Of a DNA stretch of 64,000 bases, positions 59,417-64,000 are shown piece after piece; positions within the stretch are counted from its first letter, which is position 1, and the number at the start of each line of letters is the position of its first letter. This DNA is from an uncultured Verrucomicrobiae bacterium. Its GTDB lineage: Bacteria; Verrucomicrobiota; Verrucomicrobiia; Chthoniobacterales; JAFAMB01. The notes beneath the pieces were generated by a model. That model was not told the origin of the DNA, ran no database searches, and was given only the letters and a program-made list of their open reading frames with translations. The translations under genes and the position numbers were made by a program. The stretch lies in assembly GCA_963762565.1 (NCBI GenBank), contig CAVXLD010000011.1, positions 178,596 through 242,595 of the forward strand, written 5' to 3'.

Positions 59417-59662
59417 CTACCCGGTCTGACTTTCTATTTCGCGAAAGGTTCTCGATTTCAGTTCCACGCCCGTGATCTGGTCCATCTGGTCTGGACCAAT
59501 AACCTCGATTTGCCCGGGCGCCGTTTCGAAAACGAGTCGCATGGAAGGGGTGACCCAAACGTACTCGCGAGTTCTCACGTAGATCGAGTCACCGCCAACT
59601 CGGTGTATGGTAAACGGCTGCCATTCTCTGGCTCTTAGGAGTTCCCGAATTCGTTCCACCAT
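59417..59662 (-). CDS. Small conserved hypothetical protein, copy 2
   Basis: Paralog of 41052-41297; flanks are also duplicated. Confidence 0.75.
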   Translation of the reverse strand: MVERIRELLRAREWQPFTIHRVGGDSIYVRTREYVWVTPSMRLVFETAPGQIEVIGPDQMDQITGVELKSRTFREIESQTG

Positions 59663-60333
59663 ACGGTATGGCTACGCCCAAACGGGAAGTCCGACAAGGA
59701 TGGCGCTTTTCTCCTTCAGCATCCCCAACCCGCGGTCGCGGGTGCAATTCCGACACAGCGCAGTACTCCAACACTCTACGCCATGGTCCAGAAGGCCGCA
59801 AACCAAGGTTTCGCCTTGAGGGTCGACTTGGGGGTCGAGTCTTAACAAGCAACAGACTGTACCAGCGTTTGGCCTTGGTTTTTAATTGGTGCTTTGTTGA
59901 TCAAGCCCCGCATGCGAAGCGCAACATGAAGCGATTTCTGCGTGACCAAGCTTCAGACGGTCGAAAGGGAAGAATCGTTGCCTGTGAATAAGGCTATTAG
60001 CCGGGTTGTCTGGCTATCAAAGCCAGCCGTGCCGCGAACAAACATCTGGAAAGTCTGTTGCTTATTAAGACTCGACCCTACAGTGCACCTACTTCCAGGT
60101 GCCCGATCTGGCTGCACCAAAGCCTACTCCCACTCCAAGCCCTACACCGATGGCTTCTGCGACTGGGAGTCCCAGCCCGCGGACTTCTCCCTCGGCTCGA
60201 GATGGTAATCCGACCGACAAAAAAGAGAGGTGAGTGCCAGGCACTTTCTCTTATTCAAGTCGCCGGGGATGCTGGTACACGCGCGTCACAGATCCGTCGG
60301 ACATAGCGCCTTCGCTCGAATTGCTGCATTGCC

Positions 60334-61813
60334 TTAGAAGCGCAGCGTGATCCGGCCTGAGAGAACGTTGATCGGCCCTTTGTCACTATTGTAGCCGGGA
60401 TTAAAAAAGAGTTGATAATCCAGGGTGAAACTCAAGTTCTTGTAGACAGCGAGATTGTAAAAGGTTTCGGTGAAATTTTCGTAGCCGAAATGAGGAAGCT
60501 TGCCGTCGCCAATCAGGACGCCCAAGCCACCGGCGTTAAAGTAGTCGCGATGCGCCACACCGATGTCGGCCAGGCCGAAGGCAACTCCGAAAATATCGTT
60601 TGAGCGAGCCCAGCGTTCACCGTTCACAGTAATACCAACCGAGGCGCTTCGATCGATGTCCGTAAACATGTAGGCTTCCAGACGCGGATCCCGATAGGCA
60701 AACCTAGCGAACGCGCCAACGTCCTTCGCCAATTCCTGTTCGAAGCCAAGAATCAGTCCATAATCAATCCGATAGGGCTCGCGCAGGCCGTTAATAAGGA
60801 TACTCTGATCAGCAAGCAGCGACGTAAAATCAGCCAGATGTTGGTGCAGGAGCCAACCAGTAAGGCGAACCTTTCCCGGATGGCCAAAGAGCTGGTATCG
60901 TCCTCCAGCTCACCAGCCAGCTGATAGGCCTTAAGATAGTGACCATCGGTCGCCAGACCATTATTGACCCGGGGAAGAGTAAAATAACCGACTCGAGCAG
61001 CCCACGCTTTTTGATTTAGTTCGACGGTCAAACCGTACTCAAAACCCAACGAGTCCGCGGCGTAGTCGAAAGCACCGGCATCGACCAGAGTCCAGTTTAG
61101 AAATTGGGAGCTCGGATCGTGAGATAAGTGTTGTTATCGAATTGGTCCGTGATGGCCATTTTGCCCGCGGTAATCGTCAGCCGCGAAATATCAACGTTTT
61201 CAGCTAACTGCAGCGGACCGGCGTCCAGATGCTCCTGCTCACCTCCGAAGCCGATAATCTGACGAATAAAAAGATGGGGAATGAAGACATCACCGCGATA
61301 CTTGCCAATCTTGTATGCCTCGGAGTTGGGGAACTCAGCGATACCGTGAGTAACTCCTAAACCAAAGCCCTGATAATATTCTGGGTTGAAGTAAAATTCT
61401 GCTCCCGGCCATAGCCGGAAATCAAAGAAGAGATCGGCCGTGGAAGTCTGTCGGAAATTATCTGTGGAACGCAGGCTATTTGTGCCGTTGTAAGGATCAT
61501 GGAAGCCCGGCTGACCTTCTAGAACTTCTATCGCGTCTCCGTGGATCGCCCAATTCTGCGTCATCGTGTCTGCTTTTGTCTCCACCGGAGGCTGTGGTTC
61601 AACCGTTTGTTTTCCATCTATGGAAGTCAGCGATGGTGAAGGGCTCGGCGAAGCCTCTTGCGCGGAACTCAGGAATGAGCACGAGAACTGCGTAGCTCCT
61701 ATCGTCAACAGATAAACGGCCACTCTTGGCACGGTCATTGTCGTAAGGAGCGACCGCCTGACGAACCGTAGAACGACAAATAACTTAGCAGATACGGGTG
61801 CGCATTTCTTCAT
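60334..61813 (-). pseudogene. OprB-family carbohydrate / high-affinity Mn2+ porin, frameshifted
   Basis: LWPGAEFYFNPE, FPNSEAYK, FDNNTY, GAFDYAADS, FTDIDRS, GGLGVLIGDG, NPGYNSDKGP, terminal F; three or more frames. Confidence 0.8.
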
Positions 61814-61979
61814 GGAGCGTAAATAAGGATGGTGATTTAATCGTCAGTAGTGTTTTGGCGACCTAAGATTCTTTTTCTCTTCTAAGAACCCGGACAGACG
61901 CTCGGCTCATGTTTTGCAGGGCGGGTTGCTTACAGCCGTGACCGCTGCTTTAGCGTGGTTTTCGGTTTAGGCTAAGCGC

Positions 61980-62453
61980 TCAAACCGGTTGATCTCCATG
62001 CAGTTCGTGCAGTTCGACCAACAGCTTTAACTGCTCAAGTGTCTGTTTGCTCAGATGGTGTTCCAAACCATGGACATCGTGTTCGATCACGCTCTTTGGA
62101 AGATCGAGGGATTGCAGAAAAGCGGTCAATATACGGCGCCGAGCATGAACATCCCGAGCCACAGTATGACCAGTTGCCGTCAGCGTGAATCCCCGATACT
62201 TCTCATGCTTAAGATATCCCTTTTGCGCCAACCGCTTGACCATACCGCAAGCGCTTGCATCGGTCACTGAAAGAGACTCGGCCACGTCGGCGACACGCGC
62301 GTAACCCTTCTCTTGGATAAACTCGAATCTGCAGACCAGGTAGTCCTCTCCGCTTTCGGTTGATCGATGGTCCCCTCCAACGCCTTGGCGCCGATCTCTG
62401 CACTGCAAATTCGCAGGCTTTAAATCTTGGCTATGCGGGTGAAGGTTCGCCAT
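61980..62453 (-). CDS. mntR: DtxR/MntR-family metal-dependent repressor
   Basis: EDYL, GYARVADVAESLSV, MVKRLAQKGYL, YRGFTLT, DVHGLEHHLS. Confidence 0.82.
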   Translation of the reverse strand: MANLHPHSQDLKPANLQCRDRRQGVGGDHRSTESGEDYLVCRFEFIQEKGYARVADVAESLSVTDASACGMVKRLAQKGYLKHEKYRGFTLTATGHTVARDVHARRRILTAFLQSLDLPKSVIEHDVHGLEHHLSKQTLEQLKLLVELHELHGDQPV

Positions 62454-62490
62454 AGAAGGAAAGTGGTGAGTGCATGCCCAGCGGCCGTGC

Positions 62491-62949
62491 TCAAGCACTA
62501 GTTAATAGAGTGTTAGTTGGACTTGCAGGTGTCCGGACCGCTTTAAGCATCAGCACAGGTACATCGACGCGATGGCGGACATTATCCGCGGTGCTTCCGT
62601 AAAGCAGGTCGCTAATAAAGCGGTGGCCATGGGTGGACATAGCCACGAGATCACAGCCTCGACTTCCGACCCAGCGGATGATCTGATCCGCAGGTTCACC
62701 GTAAGCTAATTCTGATTCGACCAGGATGCCCGCCGCCACCAGTCGGGACCGGACAGATCCCAGATAAGCTTTATCGCGCTGGATTTCAGGACTTACTGCC
62801 TCAGCGCCAAACAAGCGTGCAGCCCAGCCGTCGGCCACATGCAGGAGTACCAACGAACTGTGGAAGGTTAGCGCCAGTTTAGTGACATGCTCCAAAATCG
62901 TTTGGTCAGCAGCGTCGCATCCAGGGCAACTAAGTATTTTTTGGTACAT
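62491..62949 (-). CDS. Universal stress protein
   Basis: MYQKIL, LLHVADG, GEPADQI, DLVAMSTHGH ... YGSTADNVRH..VPVLML. Confidence 0.9.
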   Translation of the reverse strand: MYQKILSCPGCDAADQTILEHVTKLALTFHSSLVLLHVADGWAARLFGAEAVSPEIQRDKAYLGSVRSRLVAAGILVESELAYGEPADQIIRWVGSRGCDLVAMSTHGHRFISDLLYGSTADNVRHRVDVPVLMLKAVRTPASPTNTLLTSA

Positions 62950-62963
62950 GCCTTAAAGGATTT

Positions 62964-64000
62964 TCAGCGAGATGCGAACACAGCCATTGCGTCATGGATC
63001 GCCCCCGGCAAACCATAAATGTCAAGACCGGTGATGAGCAGGCAGGAAGTCCAGCCAGCGATGGCGAGGAAGCGCCCATTGCGATAGGATCCCATGAGCT
63101 TCCGGGAACCGGCAAAGCAGAGGAGTGGAAACATGGCCAGCGGGCAACTGGATGGCGAGGACCACCTGGCTGAGATTTAATAGATCGTTCACACTGCTGT
63201 CCCCGCGGAAGCCAATGAGCAAGATCGCCGGCACGATGGCCAGCAAGCGGGTGATCAATCGCCGCAGCCAGGGGCGGATCCTCCAATCCATGAATCCCTC
63301 CATCACCACCTGCCCGGCCAAGCGTACCGGTGATCGTGCTGCTTTGCCCGCTCGCAAGGAGCGCCACGGCAAAAGATAGGCTCGCTGCAGCAGTGCCGAG
63401 TAGCGGAGACAGCGTCAGGTAAGCCACCGTATCCAGTCCGCATCCTGTATCGAACGCTACCACCTCGCCGCTGGGCAGTGTCATCTTGTCCTTGCCCGAA
63501 AAAGACCATCGCCGCCAGCACCAGGATGGCGGCATTCACAAAAAACGCCAGCGACAGCGCAATGACGGAATCGAGTGTATTGAACTTGATCGCGCGGCGC
63601 ACCGATGGCATCGTCGGCTTGCAGTTTTCTCGATTGAACGAGTGCGGAATGCAGATACAAATTATGCGGCATCACCGTGGCTCCTATGATGCCGATGGCG
63701 ATGAAAACCATGTCCTTGTTTTTAATGAAAGCTGCCAGGTTCGGAGTGACCGTTGCAGAAGCTATTTCAAGCAGATTCGGAGTGGTCTGCGGGAGCACGA
63801 AGATTTCGATATAATAACAGACGCCGATCGTTCCGATCAGGACGACGATCACTGCCTCGATCAACCTCATGCCCAGCCTTTGAAGCGACAGGAGCAGAAG
63901 CACGTCGAACGCGGTGATGATGACCGCTGTGAGCAGCGAAATTCGCGGGAATAAGAGATGGATGGCGACTGCGCTGCCCAGGACCTCGGCCAAGTCGCAG
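62964..64000 (-). pseudogene. mntH: Nramp Mn2+ transporter, partial at the window edge, with several frameshifts
   Basis: DLAEVLGSA, IIGATVMPHNLYLHS, FVNAAIL, ASGQSSTITGT, AGQVVMEGF, RRLITRLLAIVP, SQVVLA. Confidence 0.88.

Noticed and set aside
61853..61869. Possible MntR operator (ttttggcgacctaaga)
   Set aside because: The dyad symmetry is too weak to support without a second site.

Overview
A 64-kb bacterial chromosomal region. Gene families and intergenic repeat style suggest a soil Verrucomicrobia (Chthoniobacterales-like) genome; this is inference. Gene content in order: a sugar ABC transporter; a minus-strand oxidoreductase and AaeXAB-like efflux cluster; a giant AAA-GAF-PAS histidine kinase with a NarL-type regulator; an ECF sigma / Ser-Thr kinase pair next to an S53 protease; a deacetylase/GNAT pair; treZ; an OmpA pair; DUF429; cfa and aidB; a group II intron-type RT; a DUF2760-Hsp70-Hsp70 operon; a frameshifted GH55; and a Mn-uptake cluster (mntH-usp-mntR-porin). 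The most notable structure is outside the annotated genes. (1) An intact RT ORF plus intron domain V, with no recognisable 5' ribozyme, lies inside a long hairpin, and an empty copy of that hairpin is 7.6 kb upstream. (2) An uncharacterised HTH gene / small-protein module occurs as four whole or broken copies, each followed by different cargo. (3) Several tiny palindromic and heptamer repeat families are nested in one another, show empty and filled alleles, and supply stop codons to neighbouring genes. Frameshifts become frequent after about 54 kb and may be sequencing errors. No rRNA, tRNA or CRISPR array was recognised. All family assignments are by eye, without database searches.
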